A stretch of 64,000 bases of DNA from Candidatus Poribacteria bacterium (GTDB taxonomy: Bacteria; Poribacteria; WGA-4E; PCPOR2b): assembly GCA_965215015.1 (NCBI GenBank), contig OZ244042.1, forward strand, positions 5,664,001-5,728,000, read 5' to 3'. Both the position numbers and the translations under genes were made by a program. A model generated the notes under the pieces. That model was not told the origin of the DNA. It did not search any database and saw only the letters and a list, made by a program, of their open reading frames with translations. Numbering within the stretch: position 1 is the stretch's first letter; each line of letters starts with the position of its first letter. Shown here piece by piece: positions 51,470 to 62,094 of this stretch.

Positions 51470-51540
51470 ATCATAGCAGCAGTGGAAAGAGGTGTCAAGT
51501 TCAGAAAATACTTGCGGAATATTTTAAAATAAACTACAAT
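51470..51540. promoter_or_regulatory. Divergent sigma70-type promoters
   Basis: Minus strand TTGACA-17-TATGAT (51498-51470); plus strand TTGCGG-17-TACAAT (51512-51540). Confidence 0.65.
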
Positions 51541-51584
51541 CTAAAATATTGAGGTGAATACCCACATTCAAATCGGAAAGAACT

Positions 51585-52535
51585 ATGACTTCTCAGAAAA
51601 AGACAGGTTTTGTATACCATGCTGATTATCTCAAGCACGATACCGGAGCGCAAAATCCCGAGCGTCCAGAACGTCTACAAGCGAGCATTAAGGTGCTGCA
51701 AGCCTCTGATTTTTGGGAAGAGTTGCATCAGATTGAGGCTACCCCTGCAACGCCTGAGCAGCTCTGTTACGCACATATCCAAGAGCATATAGATCGAGTC
51801 AGGTGGCACTGTGAAAATAGTCTTCCCCTCGATTACGATACGCCCACCTCGCTCGCCTCCTATGATATTGCGCGTCTTTCAACCGGAGGGGTATTGAGGA
51901 TAGCAGATGCTGTCATGGCAGGCACCGTAAGCAACGCCTTTGCCCTTGTCCGCCCACCCGGACATCATGCCACCCCGACTCGCTCAATGGGATTCTGCTT
52001 GTTTAACAACGTTGCGGTTGCCGCCCGATACCTCCAACGTGAACATGGGGTAGACCGCGTTGCAATTATCGATTGGGACGTCCATCACGGCAATGGGACG
52101 CAGGATATCTTTTATGATGACCCCTCCGTTTTCTTCTTCTCAGTGCATCAGGTGCCTCTCTACCCCGGCACAGGTATGGCAAATGAGATCGGTACAGGTG
52201 GTGCTGTTGGCACAACTTTGAACATACCGATGTGTCCGGGCAGCGAACCTAGCAACTACATCGAAGCCTTTCAAAAGACGCTCAAGCCAGCGTTAATCGA
52301 TTTTTCTCCCGATTTCCTAATAATCTCTGCGGGTTTTGACGCACACCGTTTAGACCCTCTGGCAGCAATCAATATGACCGCAGACGGTTTTGCTAGTCTG
52401 ACCGACATTCTTTGCGAAATTGCAGCGGAAACTTGTGAAGGGCGGCTGATCTCAGCGTTGGAGGGAGGATATGATCTTAAAGGGTTATCCGGATCGGTTG
52501 CCGCTCACGTCGGGCGGTTGATAGCAAACGCATGA
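51585..52535 (+). CDS. Histone deacetylase family (Zn-dependent) amidohydrolase
   Basis: RPPGHHA, GFC, DWDVHHGNGTQ, SAGFDAH, LEGGY. Confidence 0.95.
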   Translation: MTSQKKTGFVYHADYLKHDTGAQNPERPERLQASIKVLQASDFWEELHQIEATPATPEQLCYAHIQEHIDRVRWHCENSLPLDYDTPTSLASYDIARLSTGGVLRIADAVMAGTVSNAFALVRPPGHHATPTRSMGFCLFNNVAVAARYLQREHGVDRVAIIDWDVHHGNGTQDIFYDDPSVFFFSVHQVPLYPGTGMANEIGTGGAVGTTLNIPMCPGSEPSNYIEAFQKTLKPALIDFSPDFLIISAGFDAHRLDPLAAINMTADGFASLTDILCEIAAETCEGRLISALEGGYDLKGLSGSVAAHVGRLIANA

Positions 52536-52568
52536 ATCAGATTTTTGACGCTCCGATTGCATTAGGGC

Positions 52569-53243
52569 TCAAAGCAATTCACATGCTGCTACAAACTCTG
52601 ATGAGGTCGAAGTATACCCGATGATATGTTCAAAGTTGCGCAACATCACCTTTCGCAGCCATCCGCCCTCTGGTAAGCTTGGATCGACCGTATCGGGATA
52701 CTCGGCGGAATGCGTACAATCCCGCAGCATGATGACCCGATAATTGTGTTCGACTGCGCCGGCGAGGGTTTGGTATAGACAGGCACGTTGACTGAACCCA
52801 ACCGCGACCAGATTCTTGATGTCGTAGCACCGCAAATGGTAATCAACATGCGTTTCGTGGAACCCTGACCATTCCCGCTTGGGGAAGTCCGGTTCATGGG
52901 GCAACGGTTGAATCGACGGGGAATAATTCGGTTTATAGGGTATCCTTGATGCCGGCGATGGTCTCGTTTCAGCGAGGGCATCGCCCCAGCGGGTCCCGTG
53001 GATTTCTCGTTTGATGCTCCCCGGCTCATCAACAAGGGAGAAGTCGTTGTGAATGAAAACGACCCTCATGCCTGCTGTGCGTGCAGCAGCTAATGCCGGA
53101 GCAATCCCATCTTCCACATACCAATTTCCGGTGCCACAATCGCTATCCACAATCATGAAAGCGGTTCGCTCCAATTCGAGTTCCAATTCGCCGTACTGAG
53201 TTTCGTTGCTGTACCAACGCACAGGAAGTGTTAAGCCAGCCAT
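52569..53243 (-). CDS. Isochorismatase/cysteine hydrolase family protein
   Basis: TAFMIVD, K..WSGF, VGFSQRACL, RVIMLRDCT. Confidence 0.82.
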   Translation of the reverse strand: MAGLTLPVRWYSNETQYGELELELERTAFMIVDSDCGTGNWYVEDGIAPALAAARTAGMRVVFIHNDFSLVDEPGSIKREIHGTRWGDALAETRPSPASRIPYKPNYSPSIQPLPHEPDFPKREWSGFHETHVDYHLRCYDIKNLVAVGFSQRACLYQTLAGAVEHNYRVIMLRDCTHSAEYPDTVDPSLPEGGWLRKVMLRNFEHIIGYTSTSSEFVAACELL

Positions 53244-53265
53244 AGTAAACCTCCTCTCCAATCCA

Positions 53266-54609
53266 TTAGTAGCTCGATGGTTTCGGCGTTGCGGGGGGCC
53301 AATACCCGTCGGGATCTTCATCCCAAGCGTGTCCACATAGCCGAGAGATCACACACCACTCCGCAGATGTGAGATGGGTGTGATTATGAAAAAGGAAACG
53401 CTTCAGACCGGCTTCCTCCGAGGCTGTGAGAATGCGGTGAAGGTCTCCGGCGGTCATTGGATCCCCACCGTGCGGCATCCGTCCCGTATCCACCCAAGGG
53501 ACAATTTTCTCCGGCTGACTGACTGCTGCTAAGGCTCGTTCGGTTTCAGTTGTCACAACTTCGTCGAAAAAGGCTGGGGGAAATCCCAAATCCATATCCG
53601 ATAGAGAGTTTACCTCCGGTAAATCCACGCCTAACCACGCTTTCATCACCGTAAAGCAATCCTGTTCGGTCAGGCGCGGATTCCATTCTTGAATCTGTCC
53701 TATCCAACGGGCGACGGTGCCGTACATGCCATCGAAGCCGCGATGCCAGAAGTAGTGCTTGACAAGCAACACATCGACAATCTGATCCCAAGCGTGGAAA
53801 TCGAGCGCAGTCATGCCAGAGAATACTGCCGAACGGGGACCATTTCCCAATAACAACTGGCGCGGAGATTTGTCCAATTCACGGCGAAATGCCTCTCCCG
53901 TTTTAATCCCATCCTCCCGTCGCCAGCGCAGCCAGTAAACCGCATCCTCATTGATATCAAAGAGATTCATCTCTGACAACACACCGTAGGGGCCGTAGTA
54001 ATGGACTTCGGCAGGGGTTAAACTGCGAAAACGATTATGGAGATGGGACCTGCCGCGTTCAAGGCGGTCCGGATCGTATCCTCTGATGGCGGCTTGGGCT
54101 TTGATTGATTTGGGAATATCCGCAAACACGGCGTTGCCGTGATGCCACTCTAATTCATAAGCGGACTCGGTCCAACCATCCATGATACCGCCATCAACCT
54201 GTGGAAAGCTGCCGAATGTCTCATCCCAGACCGCTGCCATGACGCCTGCGCCGTAGGGATCCTCCTCCAACGGCAGTGGTTTCGCACCCGTTGCCCCGCT
54301 GCCGGGGGCAAAAATGAAAATCTCCCAGCCGCGCGCTTTGGCGTTATCGAGCATCGTATGGAGCAGTCTCTCTTTGGAGGAATCGGTCTCTGTGTTGCGG
54401 GCATTTGGCTCCAACCCGCGATTGCGATAGGCTTGAGGGTTGGACGGGAAAGCGGGAATGGTGAATTGACCCTGTGCATCCGCAAAGAGTGTGCGCCCGA
54501 AAACAAAGCCTTTGATTCCGCCAGCTTCCCAAGCATCAAAAATCCGTTCATAATCGTTCATCACCGGTTCGAGGGGTTGACCGATACGCATCCACGCTTG
54601 CAGTGCCAT
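53266..54609 (-). CDS. Hypothetical protein (possible TIM barrel)
   Basis: 447-aa ORF with RBS aggag, co-oriented with the downstream hydrolase. Confidence 0.75.
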   Translation of the reverse strand: MALQAWMRIGQPLEPVMNDYERIFDAWEAGGIKGFVFGRTLFADAQGQFTIPAFPSNPQAYRNRGLEPNARNTETDSSKERLLHTMLDNAKARGWEIFIFAPGSGATGAKPLPLEEDPYGAGVMAAVWDETFGSFPQVDGGIMDGWTESAYELEWHHGNAVFADIPKSIKAQAAIRGYDPDRLERGRSHLHNRFRSLTPAEVHYYGPYGVLSEMNLFDINEDAVYWLRWRREDGIKTGEAFRRELDKSPRQLLLGNGPRSAVFSGMTALDFHAWDQIVDVLLVKHYFWHRGFDGMYGTVARWIGQIQEWNPRLTEQDCFTVMKAWLGVDLPEVNSLSDMDLGFPPAFFDEVVTTETERALAAVSQPEKIVPWVDTGRMPHGGDPMTAGDLHRILTASEEAGLKRFLFHNHTHLTSAEWCVISRLCGHAWDEDPDGYWPPATPKPSSY

Positions 54610-54817
54610 GTTGTGAGCTCCTTTTGGGCAAGAACGAAACACCGGTCCCTAAAGAACTTAAAATGAACGGAGTTTCGTCTCGTTGGAAAAGTTACAGATA
54701 TAATCATCGCAAAGGAAGTGAACTCCTATGTACCCTCATGTCTCGGACGAGTACGGCGGAGGTTTGCCAAAATTGTTAATAAAAGAACGCTTTGACCTAT
54801 TCTGTTTCAACAGGGAG

Positions 54818-55770
54818 CTAGCAGCCTCCGTTCACCCCGCACAATACCAGAAATCCTATAGCGATATAGATACAGACTAATATCCTGTTAGTTTTGCGTT
54901 CTTCGGCTTCCCTAACTGCTTGTTGTCTCTCTTCCATCTTCCGCTTTGCTTCCACTTCCCGTCTTAGGTGTTCTTGTTGTTCCCCGCGTTGGTGTTCAAT
55001 TCGCTGTTCATACCTGTTGGTAGGTTGTTTTATCCTTGGAGTTTGTGTTCTTGGGTATTCAAAAATAGTTTTACATTTAGGGCAGGTAATTCTCAATCGT
55101 TTTTTTCTTACAGGAATTCGCAACTTTTGCGGGCAATTTGGACAACCTATATTCTTCTTGCTCTCTAACTCCTTTTCCTTGTCTCGTTCAATTCGGCGTT
55201 GTTCAGCTATCCGTTCATAGTAAGTTGTTAATGCCTGTGCTGCCCTTGGATACTGTTGTATTCCTTTCAGTAGTTCAATTGCGTTAAGTTTAGTAGAGCT
55301 ATTATAACTCCAGTTATCACTGTCTACAATATAGATAAGGGGTGAAAGCATTCTATGAATTGAATTTGGATTAACCTCAAGGTGAGAAAATAGTTTTGCA
55401 ACCGCATCATCTCTAATACGCTGATTCTCCGCCCTTAATTCCCTTTGAAGATTTTCAGTTCAGGGAGACTCCTATCTGTTGCTTTCAGGTGCTCGGAGTA
55501 GATTTCTCTAATCGCTTTTATTCCTATCCCTGCCGTGCACTTAAAAAATTCTCGATTATCACTCACACGGTATCGAGCAAGTTTGCTATGAACTTCCCTC
55601 TCAAGTATTTCATATCTATCAGAAGGAAAATTATGGACAACCCTGAATGGAGTGGGAACCCCAGTTGATACTGACAGCTCTCTCGCTCGTTCACAGCTAT
55701 TACGAGCAGTTTTGCCAATTTTTATTAAACCCGGCATTGAATCATTTTCCAAGATATAGACATATCCCAA
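54818..55770 (-). pseudogene. GIY-YIG (T5orf172) - zinc ribbon - coiled coil - TM protein split by a 5-bp duplication
   Basis: GYVYIL.N..MPGLIKIGKT...STGVPTPF...REFF; CPNC...CPKC. Removing one ttcag at 55454-55463 fuses both ORFs (315 aa). Confidence 0.78.
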
Positions 55771-55853
55771 GATCGCACCCCCTAAGAATGTTCTATGTGA
55801 GCTTGTGTACCCTCTTGGCTTCACGAACAAAGAATTTCATTTTCCTAACTCTC

Positions 55854-56612
55854 CTACGCATTAGGCATGATGTAGCGTCGTCGGTGATAGGTAATACGGA
55901 ACCCCTGTCGTTGGTATATTCGCTCGGCGTTGCTGCCCGTTGCCGTCTCCAGGGTTGTCCAGCGGTTGCCCATCGCCTGTGAATCCGCAACCGCTCGTGC
56001 GATCATGGCGGAGGCGACCCCTTTGCGGCGGTGTTCAGACAGTGTTGCGACATGGTCAACGTAGTCCATGCCAAATTGTGAGTAAACCAGCGTCGTGCCC
56101 GCCGGTGCACCGTCCACACGCGCTAGATAGCGGCGCACTTCGGGCACAATCAACACATCGCGTCCAATCTCTCCCATCGTCTGTGTATGACCGAACCCAC
56201 GACACATGACCTCCGCCCAAAGGTCATATTCACTATCGGGCGAGACATTGATTTCTGCAACAGTTTGGGGGGGCGGCGGTGCGGTGGAGGGGGCATAAAC
56301 CATCGCCGACGCCAACATACCTTCTGTGAAACCACGCCTCTCCAGCCGCTCGCCAAGATCCGTGGGACGGTCTAGCGGCGAAAGGGTGAACATGCAGTCG
56401 TATTTTTTCTGTTGAAACAGGCGAAGTGCGTCGTCAATCAGTGTGTCTACTTGGGTGTCGTCCACATTCACCTGTACGACGCGATGAAAAAAGTCCATCG
56501 CTGCGCGGTCGTGGCTGAAAGCCAGGGCGCCGTTAAGGTCCTGGTTGTCACACCACGAAGCGCGAAGGGCAACCCAGAGCTTTTCAAAGGTCGTCATCAG
56601 TTCGTCGGGCAT
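55854..56612 (-). CDS. GNAT family acetyltransferase
   Basis: VATLSEHRRKGVASAM, AERIYQRQGF. Confidence 0.88.
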   Translation of the reverse strand: MPDELMTTFEKLWVALRASWCDNQDLNGALAFSHDRAAMDFFHRVVQVNVDDTQVDTLIDDALRLFQQKKYDCMFTLSPLDRPTDLGERLERRGFTEGMLASAMVYAPSTAPPPPQTVAEINVSPDSEYDLWAEVMCRGFGHTQTMGEIGRDVLIVPEVRRYLARVDGAPAGTTLVYSQFGMDYVDHVATLSEHRRKGVASAMIARAVADSQAMGNRWTTLETATGSNAERIYQRQGFRITYHRRRYIMPNA

Positions 56613-56756
56613 AATTACCTCCTATTTCACACTATAGCCGTTCTACATCTTCATATTCCTACGTCAACCCACAAGGAACGCGCAGGGAAACTCAACTTTG
56701 CCGGATACAATAAGGGTCGTGTCCCTGTTAATGATGTACAATTGGTATTGATCACA

Positions 56757-58034
56757 TCAGGACGGTTCTGACGCCCTTGGTTGAACGACAGCAGCAAATC
56801 GAGGCTCAACCAATCGGAAGGTCAGCAAGGCACCGCAGAAGACCAAGATTGAGCACGCGATAAACACGGATTCAAAAGAGAATTGATCGATTAACAGACC
56901 AACCACCGGCGACCCCAGCAACGGCACCGTCTGAAGAACACTCAGCAGCCCCAAATATTGCGGGTGCTTTGCCTGTGGAGAAATCTCAAGGGTGTAGTTT
57001 GTAAGGATACGGCCCGATACCGGGGTAAATCCCAAGCAAGCATACACAAGCCAGTACCAATGTCCGCCCGTCGGGAGGCGGCTCAGACCAACGGCTAGCA
57101 GCGGCACACAGGCGGCGATAAAAATTAATACACGCAACACAATCCGATTGCCGTGTCGATCTGCGATATTTCCCATTACCAAGGCACCAAGTCCACTGAC
57201 CGTGTTCTGTGCAATTAACAGCGTCACAAAGTTTCTTGAGACCAATCCCAATGTCCGTTTTCCAAAAACAGTATAGTGCGGAAAAATGGGCCAACCTGTG
57301 TAGAACAACATCAGGACTATCGCGAGTATGCGAAAATTCCGATCATACCGCAGCAGCATCAGACCGGAACTGAGATACTTGAGAAACGGCACGGTTTGGG
57401 GGGAATAGTCATCAGGGGGTTCACGAAAAAACAGACTGGAGCACGCAGCAAAACCGAAGAACAGCCCCGTTGTCACAAATATCCAGGCATAGTTGGCACT
57501 GTTGCCACGAACCCAGTGCGGCATGACAAGCCAAACGATGATAATTGCAAGCGTACAACCGATGAGGCTGGCATAAGCCAATAGACGCCCCCGTCTCCTA
57601 GGACGGATCAATTTTCCCTGTAATGTGCCGTGAGCGAGGACATTACTGCCGTAAGTCAGCCAGTGCAAGCCATACAGCGTCAGAAAGATTGCTACGATTG
57701 TGTTGTTTGACCAACGCCCAAATTCAAGGGTCAATGCCAATACTAACCAAGGGAGGGTGATGCCAAAAGCAGAAAGTATAAACACAATCCGTTTTTTAGG
57801 CATTTTTGCCACGCGGTGTGCGATAAGAATCTGAGGTATACTTTGCCCAATTCGAGAGATGAGGGGCAGAAACCCCCGGATAACCCCCGATAAGGTGTAG
57901 ACATCCAGAAACCCCGGCATCACCACCGATTCGGTCTTGAAAATCCAACCGAGTCGCATGAAAATCTGGTTTGCCGCAAATACGATGAGATTGCGTTGTT
58001 CATGCTGCTCGACCCCTTTCTCAATTGTGCCCAT
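56757..58034 (-). CDS. MFS transporter
   Basis: About 12 hydrophobic segments; GNIADRHGNR motif. Confidence 0.88.
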   Translation of the reverse strand: MGTIEKGVEQHEQRNLIVFAANQIFMRLGWIFKTESVVMPGFLDVYTLSGVIRGFLPLISRIGQSIPQILIAHRVAKMPKKRIVFILSAFGITLPWLVLALTLEFGRWSNNTIVAIFLTLYGLHWLTYGSNVLAHGTLQGKLIRPRRRGRLLAYASLIGCTLAIIIVWLVMPHWVRGNSANYAWIFVTTGLFFGFAACSSLFFREPPDDYSPQTVPFLKYLSSGLMLLRYDRNFRILAIVLMLFYTGWPIFPHYTVFGKRTLGLVSRNFVTLLIAQNTVSGLGALVMGNIADRHGNRIVLRVLIFIAACVPLLAVGLSRLPTGGHWYWLVYACLGFTPVSGRILTNYTLEISPQAKHPQYLGLLSVLQTVPLLGSPVVGLLIDQFSFESVFIACSILVFCGALLTFRLVEPRFAAVVQPRASEPS

Positions 58035-58142
58035 AAAGAAAAATTACCCGTCCAAGACCAAAACAAAAAGTCGTCACCCCAACGGTATAATGCCAATCGG
58101 AGTGACGACTTTGATGAGAATATGCGATTCAAGGTACGATTC

Positions 58143-59135
58143 CTACCCCTCAAGCCAACTCATCATGCTCCGTAAATCCTTTCCTACCTTTTCAATCTGC
58201 AACTCCGACTCTCGGCGACGGAGGGCTTGTAACACCGGTTGATTCGCCTGATTTTCCAGTACCCATTCCCGTGCAAATTCTCCGTTCTGCACCTCTTTGA
58301 GAAGTTCCCGCATCCGTTCTCGGACATCCTCATCAATCACACGAGGACCGCGGGTCAGATCTCCAAATTCCGCGGTGTTACTGACATCATTGCGCATTTT
58401 GCTGAGTCCCCCTGTATAGATAAGATCTACAATCAGTTTCAGCTCATGCAGGCACTCAAAAAACGCCATTTCGGGCTGGTATCCCGCCTCAACGAGGGTG
58501 TCGAAGGCAGCTTTGATCAGGGCAGTAGTTCCACCACAAAGCACCGCTTGTTCGCCGAAGAGATCGGTTTCCGTCTCTTCACGGAAGGTGGTCTCGATGA
58601 CGCCAGCTCGCGTACCGCCAATCCCTCTGGCATAAGCGAGCGCAAGATCTCTAGCGTGTCCCGTTATGTCCTGTTGGATAGCAATGAGGCAGGGCACCCC
58701 GCCGCCTTCTTCAAAAACCTGTCGCACGAGCAGCCCCGGTCCTTTCGGTGCAATCATCGCCACGTCAATGTCGTTCGCCGGAACAATCTGACCGAAATGG
58801 ATGCTGAAACCGTGCGAAACCATCACCATATTACCTGCCTGTAGGTTCGGCTCGATCTGATTCTGATACACCGCCCCGTGTTGTTCATCCGGGATAAGAA
58901 TCTGAACGACATCCGCTTCAGCGGCGGCTTCGTCAATACTTTTTACCGTCAATCCTTCCGACTCTGCTGCCGGTTGAGAACGGCTGCCGGGGCGCAGGCC
59001 GAGGACAACGTTTGCACCGCTGTCCTTGAGATTCAATGCTTGTGCACGTCCTTGACTGCCGTAGCCGATGACAGCAACCGTTCGTTCCTTGAGTAAATCA
59101 AAATCTGCATCGCTATCGTAATAAATTGTTGCCAT
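58143..59135 (-). CDS. ilvC: Ketol-acid reductoisomerase
   Basis: [27 protein letters not shown]. Confidence 0.97.
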   Translation of the reverse strand: MATIYYDSDADFDLLKERTVAVIGYGSQGRAQALNLKDSGANVVLGLRPGSRSQPAAESEGLTVKSIDEAAAEADVVQILIPDEQHGAVYQNQIEPNLQAGNMVMVSHGFSIHFGQIVPANDIDVAMIAPKGPGLLVRQVFEEGGGVPCLIAIQQDITGHARDLALAYARGIGGTRAGVIETTFREETETDLFGEQAVLCGGTTALIKAAFDTLVEAGYQPEMAFFECLHELKLIVDLIYTGGLSKMRNDVSNTAEFGDLTRGPRVIDEDVRERMRELLKEVQNGEFAREWVLENQANQPVLQALRRRESELQIEKVGKDLRSMMSWLEG

Positions 59136-59178
59136 GAATCCTCCTTTATGTGAAACGTGAAAATGCAATATCAGTGCA

Positions 59179-59673
59179 TCACTTTGCGATGCCGCGCATG
59201 ATTGCAATTTTGCCGGTGCGGGCAAGTTCTTGAATGCCGTAGGGACGTAGCAGATCGATCGCCGCCTTCAGCTTCCCCTCGTCGCCGGTCACTTCGATGA
59301 TTAAGGAATCAGGACCGACGTCAACTGTGTGGGCGCGGAAGATCTCCACAATTTGAAGTATTTCTCCGCGCCGCTGCGGCTCGGCATGGACTTTAATCAG
59401 CACAATCTCTCGCTCGACGTGGTTTTCAACGGTGAGATCTGTCACCTTAATGACGTCAATCAGCTTGTTCAGATGCTTGTAAATCTGCTCAATAATCTGT
59501 GCATCTCCATGTGTAACAATTGTCATGTGTGAAACGCCTGGATCATCAGTCTCTGCGACGTTGAGGCTATCAATGTTGAATCCACGTCCACTGAACAACC
59601 CTGCAATTCGCGCGAGGACCCCGAATCGATTTTCAACAAGCACAGAAAAAATGTGTCGTTCTTCAGTCATCAT
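59179..59673 (-). CDS. ilvN: Acetolactate synthase small subunit
   Basis: [33 protein letters not shown]. Confidence 0.96.
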   Translation of the reverse strand: MMTEERHIFSVLVENRFGVLARIAGLFSGRGFNIDSLNVAETDDPGVSHMTIVTHGDAQIIEQIYKHLNKLIDVIKVTDLTVENHVEREIVLIKVHAEPQRRGEILQIVEIFRAHTVDVGPDSLIIEVTGDEGKLKAAIDLLRPYGIQELARTGKIAIMRGIAK

Positions 59674-61346
59674 GCTAAACCTCGTATAACGTCGCCAAGG
59701 CCCGCACCCGCCGGAACCATTGGGAATACATTTTCCTCTTCATCAACGATAAAGTCGATGACAACAGGGCCATCGTCAATACCTTTTGCTTTCTCCAATG
59801 CCGGCCGGACATCCTCGATTCGCTCAACACGGATTCCTGTTGCCCCAAATGCCTCGGCAAGTTGTGCAAAATCGGGGTTGTCGTGATAATCAACCGCGGC
59901 GTAACGTTTCTGGTGGAAGAGCTCCTGCCACTGCCGAACCATGCCGAGATACATATTATTGATGATGAAGATTTTGAGCGGCAGTTTCATCGTGATGGCG
60001 GGGACAAGCTCTTGTATCGTCATGATGTATGAGCCATCGCCATTGATGTTGACAACCGTTTTGTCGGGACAGCCAAGCTGTGCGCCAATCGCTGCGGGCA
60101 AGCTGAATCCCATGGTGCCGAGACCACCGGAATTTAACCATTGACGCGGTTCGGTGAATTTGAAATATTGGGCCGCCCACATCTGATGCTGTCCGACATC
60201 TCCAACGACTATCGCATCGGAATAAAGGTCATAAATCTGCTCAATTACATACTGCGGCATAATGTTATCACCCTTTTGATCGTACTCAAAAGGATACTGC
60301 TCTTTCCACTCATTAATTTGGCGCATCCACGGTTCGATGTCCACGCGATGCACCCGTTTGTTCATTTCCGCCAATACGCGCTTGGCATCGCCCACAATCG
60401 GCACATCAACCGGGACGTTCTTGCCAATGCAAGAGGCATCAATGTCAATATGAATCTTCTTCGCGTGCGGCGCGAATTTCGTCAAGTCTCCCGTAACGCG
60501 GTCATCGAACCGGGCACCGACCGCAATCACCAGATCGGAATCGGTAAACGCATAGTTCGCACAGCAGGAGCCGTGCATACCGGGCATCTCCATTGCCAGC
60601 GGATGGGTTTCGGGAAATGCGCCCAGGCCCATCAGTGTTACAGTAATCGGAATGCCTGTTTTAATTGCCAGCTCCCGCAATTCTTCAGAAGCGTTAGCAA
60701 GCGTCACGCCCCCCCCTGCGTAGAGTATCGGACGGTCAGCGTTGTGAATCAACTCAACCGCTTTCGCTATCTGGCGCGGGTGCCCATCAACCTTCGGTTT
60801 GTAGCTGCGGATGTTCACCTTCTCTGGGTAACGGAATAACGATTCGTGGATCTGAGCATCTTTGGCAAAATCGACGACAACAGGCCCAGGTCTACCTGTG
60901 CTGGCAATATGGAACGCTTCCGCTATAACATCGGCGACTTCATCGCCACTTTTGATTAAGTAGCTGTGTTTGCAGACCGGGCGCGTCACGCCTATCACGT
61001 CACATTCCTGGAAGGCATCGTTCCCCATCAGGTGGGTAAAAACCTGCCCTGTGATCGCTACCATTGGAATAGAATCCATAAAGGCGGTCGCGATACCGGT
61101 CACTAGATTTGTGGCACCGGGCCCCGAAGTGGCAAGTGTAACGCCGACTTTACCTGTTGCCCGTGCATATCCATCGGCGGCATGGGACGCGCCTTGTTCG
61201 TGCCGCATCATGATTAGTTTAACATCGGGGTGCTCGTAGAGGGCGTCAAAGATTGGCATCGCTGCGCCGCCGTTCACACCGAAAATATACTCCACACCCT
61301 CTTGTTTGAGACTTTCAATCAGTATTTTTGCTCCTGATAGTTCCAT
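59670..61346 (-). CDS. ilvB: Acetolactate synthase large subunit
   Basis: RHEQGA, TSGPGATN, VGQHQMW, SGGLGTMG, GDGS...NNMYLGMVRQWQ. Confidence 0.97.
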   Translation of the reverse strand: MELSGAKILIESLKQEGVEYIFGVNGGAAMPIFDALYEHPDVKLIMMRHEQGASHAADGYARATGKVGVTLATSGPGATNLVTGIATAFMDSIPMVAITGQVFTHLMGNDAFQECDVIGVTRPVCKHSYLIKSGDEVADVIAEAFHIASTGRPGPVVVDFAKDAQIHESLFRYPEKVNIRSYKPKVDGHPRQIAKAVELIHNADRPILYAGGGVTLANASEELRELAIKTGIPITVTLMGLGAFPETHPLAMEMPGMHGSCCANYAFTDSDLVIAVGARFDDRVTGDLTKFAPHAKKIHIDIDASCIGKNVPVDVPIVGDAKRVLAEMNKRVHRVDIEPWMRQINEWKEQYPFEYDQKGDNIMPQYVIEQIYDLYSDAIVVGDVGQHQMWAAQYFKFTEPRQWLNSGGLGTMGFSLPAAIGAQLGCPDKTVVNINGDGSYIMTIQELVPAITMKLPLKIFIINNMYLGMVRQWQELFHQKRYAAVDYHDNPDFAQLAEAFGATGIRVERIEDVRPALEKAKGIDDGPVVIDFIVDEEENVFPMVPAGAGLGDVIRGLA

Positions 61347-61696
61347 AGTATTCTCCTTATTAAGTTTAATCAGGATTCAAAGATTGGTGATTTCTCAGGA
61401 TAAAGAAAAGGTTCATGTCAAGAGAAAGTACAAAGCAAAGATACCCGGAACATCGCGCAACAGTCCCTCCCCCGCTTGCGGGGGGATTAGAGGGGGTCGA
61501 AAAAACTCGATTTCTTTGCACTATTTCTTACATGATCGAAAAGCAAAAGAAGAAATCCTGTTTGAATCCACGAATTTAATTTGAACAACCACAAGCTCCT
61601 TTGAGCATACACAGGCGAATTTGAAACCCAGTCCTAATTAACCTTAAGGAAACTCCGCTGTAAATCCTAACGGTTTTTCTTACGAATACGTCCAAT

Positions 61697-62026
61697 AAAA
61701 AAGCCCTCCCGTTCCAATCCTCAGTAGAAGTTCCCCGATTGAAGATTTCAAGGAACAACTTTCGAGGATATACTTGGAGACGAGAAGGGCTTCCTCTAAA
61801 GTCCTTACCGCGGTACCACTCCAATTCCCTTTCGCTGATCAAATACCGTGTGTAAAAGGGCACTCATTGGTATGCGTAACGTGCATCAACCCGGCTAACC
61901 CTACGTGGGGTTTTCAGGCTAGCAGCTCCAGGGCGACCTTCAGTCGGGGTTACTTGGGGAAACCTCTCAGCCGGTGGATTTCCCGCTCTGTCAAGACCGC
62001 TCGACTTACTCCTCCCCTTCATCGCT
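61697..62026 (-). promoter_or_regulatory. T-box riboswitch leader of ilvBNC, specifier GUC (Val), with intrinsic terminator
   Basis: Stem I GA motif, AGUA, AG box, GCUGAGA loop, GAA-G-GUC-G; T-box AAUUGGAG-UGGUACC-GCG; terminator hairpin followed by U6. Confidence 0.88.
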
Positions 62027-62094
62027 TTTTTGCATTCAGTTTTGAACAAGATTACTTATCGGGAAGAAAATCCCTAAAAACCCTGTTAATTCAA

